Translations under genes and position numbers: made by a program
In this document: one piece after another, positions 8,563-17,924 of the stretch
Position numbering within the stretch: the first letter of the stretch is position 1
Layout: each line of letters begins with the position of its first letter
The notes under the pieces: generated by a model
Database searches by the model: none
What the model was told of the DNA's origin: nothing
What the model saw: only the letters and a program-made list of their open reading frames with translations
From: an uncultured Actinomycetes bacterium
GTDB taxonomy: Bacteria > Actinomycetota > Actinomycetes > S36-B12 > UBA5976
Direction of reading: 5' to 3'
Assembly: GCA_903951185.1 (NCBI GenBank)
Contig: CAJBBC010000101.1
Location: forward strand, 1 to 45,843
Length of the DNA: 45,843 nt

Positions 8563-9474
8563 GTGACTAAAAACATGAGTGAAAATTTACCGAGCCGCAG
8601 ACTCATTCTGGTACATGCACATCCGGATGATGAGTCAATTACATCTGGCGCAACGATGGCTAAGTATGTAGCTGAAGGGGCGCAAGTAACACTGGTTACC
8701 TGCACGCTTGGTGAAGAAGGCGAAATTCTGATTCCAGAAATGGCACACTTAGCCGCTGGTCTTGAAGACAAATTAGGCCAGCATCGAATAACTGAACTTG
8801 ATGCCGCCATGAAAGAGCTGAATGTTACAGACTGGCGATTACTCGGTGGGCCAGGAACATTTCGAGATAGCGGCATGATTGGTACAACTGCAAATGAGCG
8901 AAAAGATAATTTCTGGCAAACCGATTTACTTGTGGCCACTAAACATTTAGTGAAAATCATTCGCGAAATGAAACCTCAAGTTTTGATTACTTATGACGAT
9001 TTTGGCGGGTACGGTCATCCAGATCACATCCAAGCTCACCGAGTAGCAACTTATGCAGTTACGTTAGCGGCAGCGGCAACTTTTGAGTTAGAACTGGGCG
9101 AACCATGGGAAGTTCAAAAGGTTTACTGGACTGCGTTCCCAAAGAGTGTGATTCGTGCTGGTATTACTGAACTAAAAGCTGCTGGTGATACTTCGGAGTT
9201 TGCAGCCCAAGATCCAAATTCAATTCCATTTGCCTGCGACGATGAATTAATTACCACCGTAATTGATGCTGGCGATTTCGCTGAAGCAAAAGTTGCTGCC
9301 CTCAAAGCACATGTAACGCAAATCAGTATGGAAGACGGTTTCTTTGCGCTATCAAATAATTTAGGTAGCCGCATTTTAGGTTCCGAGTATTACCGACTGG
9401 CTAAAGGTGAAAAAGCTGGACCATTCAATGACGCTGGTCAAGAGAATGATTTATTTAATGGAGTTGCTAGTTGA
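8563..9474 (+). CDS. mshB: GlcNAc-inositol deacetylase MshB (LmbE/PIG-L family)
   Basis: Motifs LILVHAHPDDESI and GGYGHPDHIQAHRV. The neighbourhood (small membrane protein, ferredoxin, dapC) matches Mtb Rv1170-Rv1178. Start is GTG 8563 or ATG 8575. Confidence 0.85.
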   Translation: MTKNMSENLPSRRLILVHAHPDDESITSGATMAKYVAEGAQVTLVTCTLGEEGEILIPEMAHLAAGLEDKLGQHRITELDAAMKELNVTDWRLLGGPGTFRDSGMIGTTANERKDNFWQTDLLVATKHLVKIIREMKPQVLITYDDFGGYGHPDHIQAHRVATYAVTLAAAATFELELGEPWEVQKVYWTAFPKSVIRAGITELKAAGDTSEFAAQDPNSIPFACDDELITTVIDAGDFAEAKVAALKAHVTQISMEDGFFALSNNLGSRILGSEYYRLAKGEKAGPFNDAGQENDLFNGVAS

Positions 9475-9839
9475 AGTTTTTAACTAAGTGGATTCCTGGC
9501 TTTGTCCTTGGCCTAGTCGCCGGAAGTATTACTGCATTTGCTCATGCTGACCGGATTAAGCTTTTTGATCAGCCAGTTTATTTTGGATTAGTTCTCGCTC
9601 CAGTATTTTTATTAGTAACACAGCGCGGGATTATGAGTTATTCAAAGAATCGTATTTCGGGGATCGCATTTGCTTTGGGTTGGCTTGCAATCACTCTCAA
9701 AATGGGTTCCCAAAACGCGGATGGCGACTTAGCTCTGGGCGGCAATTGGTTTACCTCTGCTTACGTAGGGCTGGCTGCTCTGGTGCTATCGATGAGTTCA
9801 GTAATCAGCCCCCGCAGTAAACACCTAACTAGCCAATAA
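9471..9839 (+). CDS. small integral membrane protein (Rv1171-like position)
   Basis: 122 aa with about 4 TM helices. The TTG start overlaps the mshB stop (TTGA). Confidence 0.55.
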   Translation: MKFLTKWIPGFVLGLVAGSITAFAHADRIKLFDQPVYFGLVLAPVFLLVTQRGIMSYSKNRISGIAFALGWLAITLKMGSQNADGDLALGGNWFTSAYVGLAALVLSMSSVISPRSKHLTSQ

Positions 9840-9947
9840 AACAGTCCACAAAATTACGGCACAATCGCTCTAAGTGGTATCCAGTAAAGCAAAGCTGTAG
9901 GTTTCGGAGTACGGTGGAACTACTAAAATTTCCAACTTGGAGGACCT

Positions 9948-10268
9948 GTGACCTACATAATTGCCCTTCCGTGTGTAGACCTAAAAGACAAAGCATGTGT
10001 TGAAGAATGCCCGGTCGACTGTATCTACGAAGGCGATCGCATGATGTACATCCATCCGGATGAATGCGTGGACTGTGGCGCTTGTGAACCAGTATGTCCA
10101 ACTGAAGCAATTTTTTATGAAGACGATGTTCCAGAAAAATTTAATGACTACAAAGACATCAATAAAGACTTCTTCGTAACACTTGGCTCGCCAGGTGGTG
10201 CAGCTAAAGTTGGTAAAACAAGTAATGACCCAGCTGTTGTAGTTGCGTTACCTCCACAGGAGCACTAA
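9948..10268 (+). CDS. fdxA: 7Fe ferredoxin (3Fe-4S + 4Fe-4S)
   Basis: Sequence [21 protein letters not shown]...[24 protein letters not shown] before the GTG start. Confidence 0.9.
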   Translation: MTYIIALPCVDLKDKACVEECPVDCIYEGDRMMYIHPDECVDCGACEPVCPTEAIFYEDDVPEKFNDYKDINKDFFVTLGSPGGAAKVGKTSNDPAVVVALPPQEH

Positions 10269-10270
10269 AA

Positions 10271-11365
10271 CTGTTTACGCCACTTGCATCTGGGTTACCA
10301 GATTTTCCCTGGGATCGAATTGCGGCGGCTGGTGAAAAAGCCAAAGCCCATAAAGATGGAATAGTCGATCTTTCAATTGGTACACCAGTAGATGATGTAC
10401 CTGAGCTAATTCAAACTGCACTTGCAAAACATGCAAATGCGCCTGGCTACCCAACTGCAGCTGGCATAGTTGAACTTCGCCAAGCCTGGATTAACTGGGT
10501 TAAAACAGTGGCTAATTGTGATTTAACTGTTGATCAAGTTGTCCCCACTTTGGGATCAAAAGAATTAGTGGCTTGGTTACCAATTATTTTTGGTTTAGCT
10601 AAAGGCAGTACTGTTGCGATTCCAGAACTTGCTTACCCAACGTATGCAGTAGGCGCATTAATGGCACATGCCAATGTCATTACTTATGTCACGGCCCAAG
10701 ACATTACTGACACAGTCGATTTGATTTGGGTTAATACCCCAAGTAATCCAACTGGCCAGGTTTTGTCAGCTGTACAACTAAAAGAAATAGTTGAGCGTGG
10801 CCGAAAAATTGGCGCCCCAATAGTTTCGGATGAGTGTTACATCGAACTTGGTTGGTCAGTTAAGCCAGTTTCAGTCCTTGATCGTTCGGTTAATGATGGC
10901 GACTTAACTGGAATTTTGGCGGTCTACTCACTTTCAAAGCGCTCTAATTTAGCTGGCTATCGATCTGGCGCAGTTGTTGGAGATCCAGAATTAATCGATA
11001 ACATCACAAGTTTGCGAAAGCATTCCGGGATGCTGCTGCCAACGCCAATTCAACATGCCACGATCGCTGCACTTGGGGATACTAAGCATGTTGAAATACA
11101 AAAAGCTAAATATGGCGCTCGCCGTGATTTACTTCACACCGCGCTAGTTGAAGCTGGCTTTGAAATAAGTCATTCAGAGGCAGGCCTATACCTTTGGGCT
11201 ACTCGAGGTGAAGATTGCTTTGCAACGGTTGATTGGCTTGCAACCAGGGGTATTTTGGTAGCTCCAGGGGACTTTTATGGCGTTGCCGGTGCCAAACATA
11301 TCCGCGTAGCCATGACCGGAACTGACGAGCGAATTTCACATTTTGCCAGTCGGTTACGTAGTTGA
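10271..11365 (+). CDS. dapC: N-succinyldiaminopimelate aminotransferase DapC; N-terminus extended beyond the ORF-track call, probable CTG start
   Basis: The frame is open from 10229. Codons 10271-10507 encode LPDFPWDRIAAAGEKAKAHKDGIVDLSIGTPVDDVPELIQ...GYPTAAG..LRQAW, a typical DapC N-terminus. There is no ATG/GTG/TTG before 10508. AGGAG (10258-10262) lies 8 nt upstream of CTG 10271. Confidence 0.8.
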   Translation: MFTPLASGLPDFPWDRIAAAGEKAKAHKDGIVDLSIGTPVDDVPELIQTALAKHANAPGYPTAAGIVELRQAWINWVKTVANCDLTVDQVVPTLGSKELVAWLPIIFGLAKGSTVAIPELAYPTYAVGALMAHANVITYVTAQDITDTVDLIWVNTPSNPTGQVLSAVQLKEIVERGRKIGAPIVSDECYIELGWSVKPVSVLDRSVNDGDLTGILAVYSLSKRSNLAGYRSGAVVGDPELIDNITSLRKHSGMLLPTPIQHATIAALGDTKHVEIQKAKYGARRDLLHTALVEAGFEISHSEAGLYLWATRGEDCFATVDWLATRGILVAPGDFYGVAGAKHIRVAMTGTDERISHFASRLRS

Positions 11366-11425
11366 AATTGCATAAATTAAGTTGCTCGATTATTCGAACT
11401 GGTGCTTTGGGGGTAAATTTAAGAC

Positions 11426-12709
11426 ATGTCTGATGTAATCCTTAAACATGGTTCGGCCGAGATGCCGCTAGATGAAGTAGCTGCAACTGTTGGCTCAGCC
11501 GGCTTAGACATCTCAAATTTATTAAAAGAAACTAACCATGTTGCTTTAGACCATGGCTTTATGAATACCGCTTCCTGCTCTTCGGCAATTACTTACATTG
11601 ATGGCGACGCTGGAATTCTGCGTTACCGCGGATACCCAATCGAAGAGCTCGCTGAAAAAAGCTCTTTCTTAGAAACTTCTTACTTACTTATTTATGGCAA
11701 ATTACCAAACGCGCAAGAGCTATCAACTTTTGAAAGTGAAATTGGCAAGCACACTATGGTGCATGAAGATCTTCGCCGATTCTTTGACGGCTTTCCACGT
11801 GATGCACATCCAATGCCAGTACTTAGTTCAGCTGTTAGTGCGCTTTCAACTTTCTATCAGGATTCACTTGATCCATTTGATGAGCGCCAAGTTGAAATAT
11901 CAACTATTCGCTTAATGGCAAAACTGCCGACTTTAGCTGCTTATTCCCATAAGAAAACTATTGGTCAGCCATACATGTACCCAGATAATGAACTTGGTTA
12001 TGTAGCGAACTTCTTAGCTATGACATTTGGTGTGCCAGCTGAAAAGTATGTCGTTGATGAATCAATAGTTAAAGCCCTAGATATGCTTTTCATTTTGCAC
12101 GCTGATCATGAGCAGAACTGTTCAACTTCAACAGTTCGCATGGTTGGCTCCTCGCACGCAAATTTATTTGCCTCGATTTCGGCTGGCATTAACGCGCTAT
12201 TTGGTCCGCTACATGGTGGTGCAAATCAAGCTGTACTTGAGATGCTAGAAGAGATTCGCACCTCTGGAGATTCAATCGAGAATTTCATTAAGCGGGTTAA
12301 GAATAAAGAAGATGGTATTAAGTTAATGGGCTTTGGCCACCGGGTTTACAAAAATTACGATCCGCGCGCGGCAATTGTGAAAAAGCATGCTGACGAGATT
12401 TTGACTCGGATGGGAATCGACGATCCATTATTCGATATGGCAAGAAAACTAGAAGAAACAGCTTTAGCTGATGAATTCTTTATTGAGCGCAAACTTTACC
12501 CAAATGTGGATTTTTACACAGGATTGATTTATCGCGCTATTGGTTTCCCGAATCGCATGTTCACTGTTCTATTCGCACTTGGTCGTTTACCAGGCTGGAT
12601 TGCACAGTGGCATGAAATGATCAATGACCCAGAAACGAAAATTGGCCGACCACGTCAGGTATATGTCGGCGAAGCACAACGTGCATATTCATCAATTAAT
12701 AAACGTTAA
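11426..12709 (+). CDS. gltA: citrate synthase
   Basis: Motifs ILHADHEQNCSTSTVR, GPLHGGAN and GFGHRVYKNYDPRA. Confidence 0.95.
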   Translation: MSDVILKHGSAEMPLDEVAATVGSAGLDISNLLKETNHVALDHGFMNTASCSSAITYIDGDAGILRYRGYPIEELAEKSSFLETSYLLIYGKLPNAQELSTFESEIGKHTMVHEDLRRFFDGFPRDAHPMPVLSSAVSALSTFYQDSLDPFDERQVEISTIRLMAKLPTLAAYSHKKTIGQPYMYPDNELGYVANFLAMTFGVPAEKYVVDESIVKALDMLFILHADHEQNCSTSTVRMVGSSHANLFASISAGINALFGPLHGGANQAVLEMLEEIRTSGDSIENFIKRVKNKEDGIKLMGFGHRVYKNYDPRAAIVKKHADEILTRMGIDDPLFDMARKLEETALADEFFIERKLYPNVDFYTGLIYRAIGFPNRMFTVLFALGRLPGWIAQWHEMINDPETKIGRPRQVYVGEAQRAYSSINKR

Positions 12710-12712
12710 TTA

Positions 12713-13636
12713 TTAATTCTTATGCAGGACTGAATTAAGTCCACTCCAAGTACCAGTTTTTGGTTTTGCTTCAAGTGCGCCGGTAACTGAGTTTCGCCAG
12801 AAAACTAATCCGGCTGCTCCGGATAATTCTTTAGCTTTAACAAATTCACCGTCTGGTAATTTAATCTTTGATCCGCTGGTTACGTAGCAGCCAGCTTCAA
12901 TTACGCAATTATCACCAAGTGAAATTCCAACACCAGAGTTTGCGCCAACTAAACAGTTTTCACCGATCGTAATTACTTCTTTACCGCCGCCAGATAGTGT
13001 GCCCATAATGCTGGCGCCACCACCGATGTCTGAACCATTACCAACAACGACTCCGGCAGAAATTCGACCTTCCACCATGCTGGTACCAAGAGTGCCAGCA
13101 TTAAAATTCACAAAACCTTCATGCATAACGGTTGTACCGTCAGCCAAGTGCGCTCCTAGCCGAACACGGTCAGCATCGGCAATTCGCACTCCACTTGGCA
13201 CAACATAATCAACCATGCGTGGAAACTTATCAACGCTGTAGATGTGAAACGGCTGACCGTGTACTCGAGATTGGAGTTGAACTTCAGTTAAATTAGCGAT
13301 TGTCACTGGCCCAGAAGAAGTCCAAGCAACATTTTGCAGTAAACCAAAAATACCGTCCAAATTAATAGCATGCGGTTTTACTAAGCGATGGGAGAGTAAA
13401 TGTAGCCGCAGGTAGACATCAGCCGCATCCACTGGGGCAGCAGATAGGTCAGTAATTGTGGTTGTGATTACTCGAGTTGTCACTTGCCGGATAACTTCAT
13501 TGAGTTTTCCATCGGCATTAAGTCCAGACACATCTGCTGGCTTTGTACTGAGCACTGGTTTTGGATACCAAACATCAAGCAGTGTTTCACCGCTAAAGGT
13601 GGCTAGGCCAATTGCGGATGCCGACATATTGGTCAT
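12713..13636 (-). CDS. dapD: 2,3,4,5-tetrahydropyridine-2,6-dicarboxylate N-succinyltransferase
   Basis: Hexapeptide-repeat beta-helix ([52 protein letters not shown]). Divergent from dapE as in Mtb Rv1201c/Rv1202. Confidence 0.85.
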   Translation of the reverse strand: MTNMSASAIGLATFSGETLLDVWYPKPVLSTKPADVSGLNADGKLNEVIRQVTTRVITTTITDLSAAPVDAADVYLRLHLLSHRLVKPHAINLDGIFGLLQNVAWTSSGPVTIANLTEVQLQSRVHGQPFHIYSVDKFPRMVDYVVPSGVRIADADRVRLGAHLADGTTVMHEGFVNFNAGTLGTSMVEGRISAGVVVGNGSDIGGGASIMGTLSGGGKEVITIGENCLVGANSGVGISLGDNCVIEAGCYVTSGSKIKLPDGEFVKAKELSGAAGLVFWRNSVTGALEAKPKTGTWSGLNSVLHKN

Positions 13637-13696
13637 TTTTCCCTCATTCGTGTTGCTCGGTTTACATTAAAAGTCCAACAGCACTACCGTAGTCGT

Positions 13697-14806
13697 GTGA
13701 CCCAAAAACTGCTTAATCCGCACGCCGATGTAGTCACTTTGACTGCTCAGTTAATTGATATCCCTAGTGTTTCAGGCAATGAAGCACAGATCGCTGACTT
13801 AGTCGAAGCTGAATTAAGTGCTTGCAGTTGGTTAACTGTAGAGCGACTAAATAACAACGTAATCGCGAGAACTAATTTAGGTCGAGATTCTCGGGTGATC
13901 ATTGCTGGCCATCTGGATACAGTCCCAGTGGCTAATAATGACAAAGCCGTTTTCCTTTCCGCAGGCCAGCAACTTCCTGTTGAAGGCAGCACTTTATCTG
14001 AAGATGTGCTTTTCGGTCTTGGCGGCTGCGATATGAAAGGTGGCGTCGCGGTAGCACTGCGGGCTGCTGTAACTATCCAAGAACCTGTTTTTGATGTGAC
14101 TTACATTTTTTACGAATGTGAAGAAATAGAAAGCACGCGCAATGGACTAACTAAAATTGCTGCGCAAAAACCCGAATGGTTAGCTGCGGACATTGCCATT
14201 TTGCTAGAACCATCAAATGCAAATATCGAAGCAGGCTGCCAAGGAACTATGCGGGCTGAAATTCGAACTTCAGGTATCCGTGCGCATAGCGCACGCGCAT
14301 GGATGGGTAAGAATGCTATCCATGAACTGGCTGAAGCTTTAAAGTTACTTTCTGAATACAAGTCTTTATCAGTTGAAATTGACGGACTTGAATACCGTGA
14401 GGGTCTAAATGCGGTAGCAATTTCTGGTGGCGTAGCCGGAAATATAATTCCAGATGAAGGATTATTAGAAGTTAACTTTCGCTATGCACCAAACCGCTCA
14501 GCAGCTGAAGCTGAAAATTTTGTGAAGGAATTTTTCAAGAATTACGAAGTAACAGTTCTTGACAATGTTGCTGGCGCATTGCCAGGACTTGATCGCCCAG
14601 CATTACAAAGTTTGATCAAAATGGTAGATGGCAAAGTAGCACCTAAATTTGGCTGGACAGATGTTGCACGTTTTTCAGCAATGGGAGTTCCAGCGGTAAA
14701 TATGGGACCTGGTAACCCAGCTGTAGCTCACGCTAGACATGAGCATGTCCCACTAGCCCAGTTAATTTCATGTGAAGAATTAGTTTTGAGTTGGCTACGC
14801 GGTTAA
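13697..14806 (+). CDS. dapE: succinyl-diaminopimelate desuccinylase (M20 family)
   Basis: Motifs IIAGHLDTVP and GLGGCDMKGG, with an M20 dimerisation-domain layout. Synteny with dapD. Confidence 0.85.
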   Translation: MTQKLLNPHADVVTLTAQLIDIPSVSGNEAQIADLVEAELSACSWLTVERLNNNVIARTNLGRDSRVIIAGHLDTVPVANNDKAVFLSAGQQLPVEGSTLSEDVLFGLGGCDMKGGVAVALRAAVTIQEPVFDVTYIFYECEEIESTRNGLTKIAAQKPEWLAADIAILLEPSNANIEAGCQGTMRAEIRTSGIRAHSARAWMGKNAIHELAEALKLLSEYKSLSVEIDGLEYREGLNAVAISGGVAGNIIPDEGLLEVNFRYAPNRSAAEAENFVKEFFKNYEVTVLDNVAGALPGLDRPALQSLIKMVDGKVAPKFGWTDVARFSAMGVPAVNMGPGNPAVAHARHEHVPLAQLISCEELVLSWLRG

Positions 14807-14821
14807 CTCGCAAAAACGAAA

Positions 14822-15256
14822 ATGGAACATATTCAACTAACAGTTCGAGTTAACGCACCGGCCCAAGTCGTCTGGGAACAAATCACAAATTGGGCAAGTC
14901 AGAGTGACTGGATGCTTGGCACCAAAGTAACCGGTGAGGGCAACAGTATCGGGGGCAAAATCGCTGCTTTTACTGGCATTGGTCCAATTGGTTTCTTAGA
15001 CACAATGGAAATAACGCGCTGGGAACCGCCATTTCGCTGCGATGTTTTACATACCGGTCGAGTTGTGCGTGGCACTGGAAGTTTTCAAGTTGAAAGTATC
15101 GATCAACAAACAAGTAATTTCATTTGGATTGAGGATCTAGATCTTCCACTTGGAGTTATTGGCCTAGTTGGTTTTAAAATTCTTCGACCATTTTTTGTTT
15201 TTGGTGTTCAAAAATCATTAGAAAAATTTGCAAAAATAGCAAGTACAAATTCTTAA
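14822..15256 (+). CDS. SRPBCC (polyketide cyclase/dehydrase-like) family protein
   Basis: An N-terminus of the form VRVNAPAQVVWEQITNWASQSDWM is typical of the SRPBCC fold. Confidence 0.6.
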   Translation: MEHIQLTVRVNAPAQVVWEQITNWASQSDWMLGTKVTGEGNSIGGKIAAFTGIGPIGFLDTMEITRWEPPFRCDVLHTGRVVRGTGSFQVESIDQQTSNFIWIEDLDLPLGVIGLVGFKILRPFFVFGVQKSLEKFAKIASTNS

Positions 15257-15392
15257 TAAGTCAATTCACATTTGGCTGCATTTAGGCCTACTAAATTCAA
15301 GGATTAGCACTACGATTTCGCGCATTTAAATTCATGCGAGATAATAGAGATAGTTCAAAACAGTGAAGTTAAGACCTATGAAAGGGACCGAC

Positions 15393-15575
15393 ATGGCGGC
15401 AATGAAGCCTCGTACGGGTGACGGCCCAATGGAATGTCCAAAAGAAGGCCGCGGATATGTATTACGTGTGCCACTTGAAGGCGGCGGACGTTTAGTTGTT
15501 GAGTTAAACGCGCAAGAAGTAAAAGATTTAGGTGCAGTGTTAAAAGATACTGTTGCCGCAATGCCAAAGAAGTAA
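15393..15575 (+). CDS. DUF3117 protein (Rv1211-like)
   Basis: MAAMKPRTGDGPMECPKEGRGYVLRVPLEGGGRLVVEL is close to the mycobacterial Rv1211 sequence as I recall it. ATG 15393 is preceded by AAAGGGA. The upstream GTG extension from 15363 is rejected. Confidence 0.8.
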   Translation: MAAMKPRTGDGPMECPKEGRGYVLRVPLEGGGRLVVELNAQEVKDLGAVLKDTVAAMPKK

Positions 15576-15595
15576 ATTTAGAAGTATTACTAAAA

Positions 15596-15628
15596 CAAAA
15601 AGCGGGCTACGGCCCGCTTTTTGTTTTT
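15596..15628. terminator. bidirectional intrinsic terminator between convergent genes
   Basis: Stem GCGGGC-TACG-GCCCGC flanked by an A-run and T-runs (AAAAA...TTTTTGTTTTT). Confidence 0.8.
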
Positions 15629-15645
15629 AAGTTAAGAACTGAAAC

Positions 15646-16332
15646 TTATTTTTTGACAGCAACTAATAGCCCGCCGCCAACAGGTAATAAAGCTCCAATT
15701 AAATCTTCATTTAAAGCAAGGTTTTCAACTACACCGCGGATTGCAGATGTTTCTGGATCATGCTGAGCGGGATCAGCTAGTTTGTCATTCCAAAGTGCAC
15801 GATCAATTATTAATAGCCCACCTGGCCGCAATAGTTTTTGCGCCCGTTCTAAATGAGCACTAAGTTCAAGTGGTTTTCCAGAGATTAAAACTAAGTCGTA
15901 GGCAGACTCAGTGAGTCGATCAATAACTTCTTGTGAATTACCGTGGATTAAGCGAACACGATTTGAGGAAATTCCGGCTTGTGAAATCGCATCTTTGGCG
16001 ATTAGTTGGTGTTCAGCTTCATTATCAATGCTGGTCAGAATTCCTTCTGAATTCATTCCTTCAAGTAACCACAGTGCCGATACGCCAGCACCAGTGCCAA
16101 TTTCAACAACATTCTTGGCATCAATTGCTGCAGCAAAAGTTCTAAGAACAGCGCCGGCACCTGGGCTTACGGCAACGCAACCAATTTCAGCAGCTTTTGC
16201 TCGAGCATGTGCGCGAATACCATCTTCACCACTCCAGCCCTCAGCGTAATCACAGGAAGCTCGATGTATTGCCAATATGCGCGGATCGGTAGGTGCCATG
16301 AAGTAAGCGTAAGGCCTCACTTGAAATTTCAT
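15646..16332 (-). CDS. class I SAM-dependent O-methyltransferase (Rv1220c-like)
   Basis: SAM motif I VVEIGTGAGVSALWLLEG. Overall layout resembles caffeoyl-CoA OMT. Confidence 0.8.
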   Translation of the reverse strand: MKFQVRPYAYFMAPTDPRILAIHRASCDYAEGWSGEDGIRAHARAKAAEIGCVAVSPGAGAVLRTFAAAIDAKNVVEIGTGAGVSALWLLEGMNSEGILTSIDNEAEHQLIAKDAISQAGISSNRVRLIHGNSQEVIDRLTESAYDLVLISGKPLELSAHLERAQKLLRPGGLLIIDRALWNDKLADPAQHDPETSAIRGVVENLALNEDLIGALLPVGGGLLVAVKK

Positions 16333-16424
16333 GAAGATTGGTCCCCGATTTGGCTAGTTGGTATTTTTGGCTCAATATTTGAGTAAGACTTATTAGATAC
16401 CGCTGGCCTTAGAGGAATTTGAAA

Positions 16425-17600
16425 ATGACTGACCAAACCGAGAATGAGCAGAGCCCAGTTAATCCAGCTGGCCCGCCAACTTGGATTTACTCAAGTACAT
16501 CAAGTGACCGACCAGATATGGCCTCTAAGAATGAGCGCAAGAAATCCGGCTTGAAGATGGCAATAGTAGCTGGCACAGTCAGTGGTTTATTGGCTGGCAC
16601 AGCAGGATTTGCCGGTGCAAGTTATTTGAATCTGAAACCAAATCAGTCAATCACTTTGCCAGCCGAAAGTGGCGATACTTCACCGCGGCCAGATGATTCA
16701 ATTGCCGGTATTGCAAAGTCAGTTTTACCAACAGTTGTTTCAATCTCTGTTGAGTCAACAAGCGGCCAAGGAACTGGCTCAGGTTTCTTAATTCAAAGTA
16801 ATTCAACCGAATCTTATGTTTTAACAAATAATCACGTAGTCACTGGTGCCGGTAGTGGAGCAACTATTACTGTTTCGTTTCAGGATCAATCTGAAGCTCC
16901 GGCAACAGTTGTGGGAACTAATGAGTCTTACGATTTAGCTGTACTAAGGGTTGAACGTGGAGATTTACCAGTTGCAGCACTTGGTGATTCTGATGATGTA
17001 GTTGTCGGCGACTTAGCAATTGCGATTGGTTCACCTCTTGGTTTAAGTGGAACAGTAACAAGTGGAATTATCTCCGCACTAAATAGGCCAGTTACCGCCG
17101 GCGGTGATGGCGAATCCTCATTCATCAATGCAATCCAAACGGATGCAGCGATTAATCCAGGTAATTCTGGTGGTCCGCTAGTTAACGCACAAGGCCAAGT
17201 AATTGGGATCAATTCAGCAATTGCCACATTGAGTTCATCTTCATCAAGTCAAAGCGGAAGTATTGGACTCGGATTTTCAATCCCGATTAATCAGGCAAAG
17301 CGAGTTGCTGAAGAGTTAATCAATTCAGGTACTTCGAGCTACCCAGTTATTGGCGTACAACTTGATATGGCTTTTGAAGGTAAAGGCGCATTAGTTTCAT
17401 CCGTTGTTGAAGGTGGGCCTGCTTCAACCACAGATTTACAAGGTGGCGATGTGATCGTCGCTATTGATGGTCAGTCAGTATCCGATGGGGCTGAATTAGT
17501 GGTTCGAATTAGAGCGAAAGCACCTGGTGACACTGTGCAGCTCAAACTTGATAACGGCGACGTGATAAGCGTTGTTTTAGGTTCTGAAACTAGCCAATAA
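16425..17600 (+). CDS. htrA: HtrA/DegP-family serine protease with PDZ domain
   Basis: Catalytic triad contexts TNNHVV, YDLAVLRV and GNSGGPLV. N-terminal TM anchor and C-terminal PDZ. ATG 16425 lies 8 nt after GAGGA; the TTG at 16419 is an alternative start. Confidence 0.9.
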   Translation: MTDQTENEQSPVNPAGPPTWIYSSTSSDRPDMASKNERKKSGLKMAIVAGTVSGLLAGTAGFAGASYLNLKPNQSITLPAESGDTSPRPDDSIAGIAKSVLPTVVSISVESTSGQGTGSGFLIQSNSTESYVLTNNHVVTGAGSGATITVSFQDQSEAPATVVGTNESYDLAVLRVERGDLPVAALGDSDDVVVGDLAIAIGSPLGLSGTVTSGIISALNRPVTAGGDGESSFINAIQTDAAINPGNSGGPLVNAQGQVIGINSAIATLSSSSSSQSGSIGLGFSIPINQAKRVAEELINSGTSSYPVIGVQLDMAFEGKGALVSSVVEGGPASTTDLQGGDVIVAIDGQSVSDGAELVVRIRAKAPGDTVQLKLDNGDVISVVLGSETSQ

Positions 17601-17633
17601 CTAAATAGATAACTAACTAGATAGAGTTAACAC

Positions 17634-17924
17634 ATGTTCGATATCGGGTTACCAGAGTTATTAGTTATTGCCATGGTTGCGTTAATAGTCTTTGGTCCAG
17701 ATCGTTTGCCAGAGATGGCAACCCAATTTAGTAAGTGGGTTAACGCAATACGAGCACAAGCAAGTGTGGCCACAGCAGATTTGAAAAAGTCAGCAGACGT
17801 AGCCGGCTTCTCTGATATCGCTAATGACCTAAAAGGATTAACTCCACGTGGACTTTTAAGCGATACAAATAAACCAGCAAATATGCCAGAAGTTAAAGTT
17901 GTTTACGATCCGGACGCAACTTAA
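17634..17924 (+). CDS. tatB: twin-arginine translocase subunit TatB
   Basis: MFDIGLPELLVIAMVALIVFGPDRLPEMA. Its position after htrA matches Mtb Rv1223/Rv1224. Confidence 0.8.
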   Translation: MFDIGLPELLVIAMVALIVFGPDRLPEMATQFSKWVNAIRAQASVATADLKKSADVAGFSDIANDLKGLTPRGLLSDTNKPANMPEVKVVYDPDAT

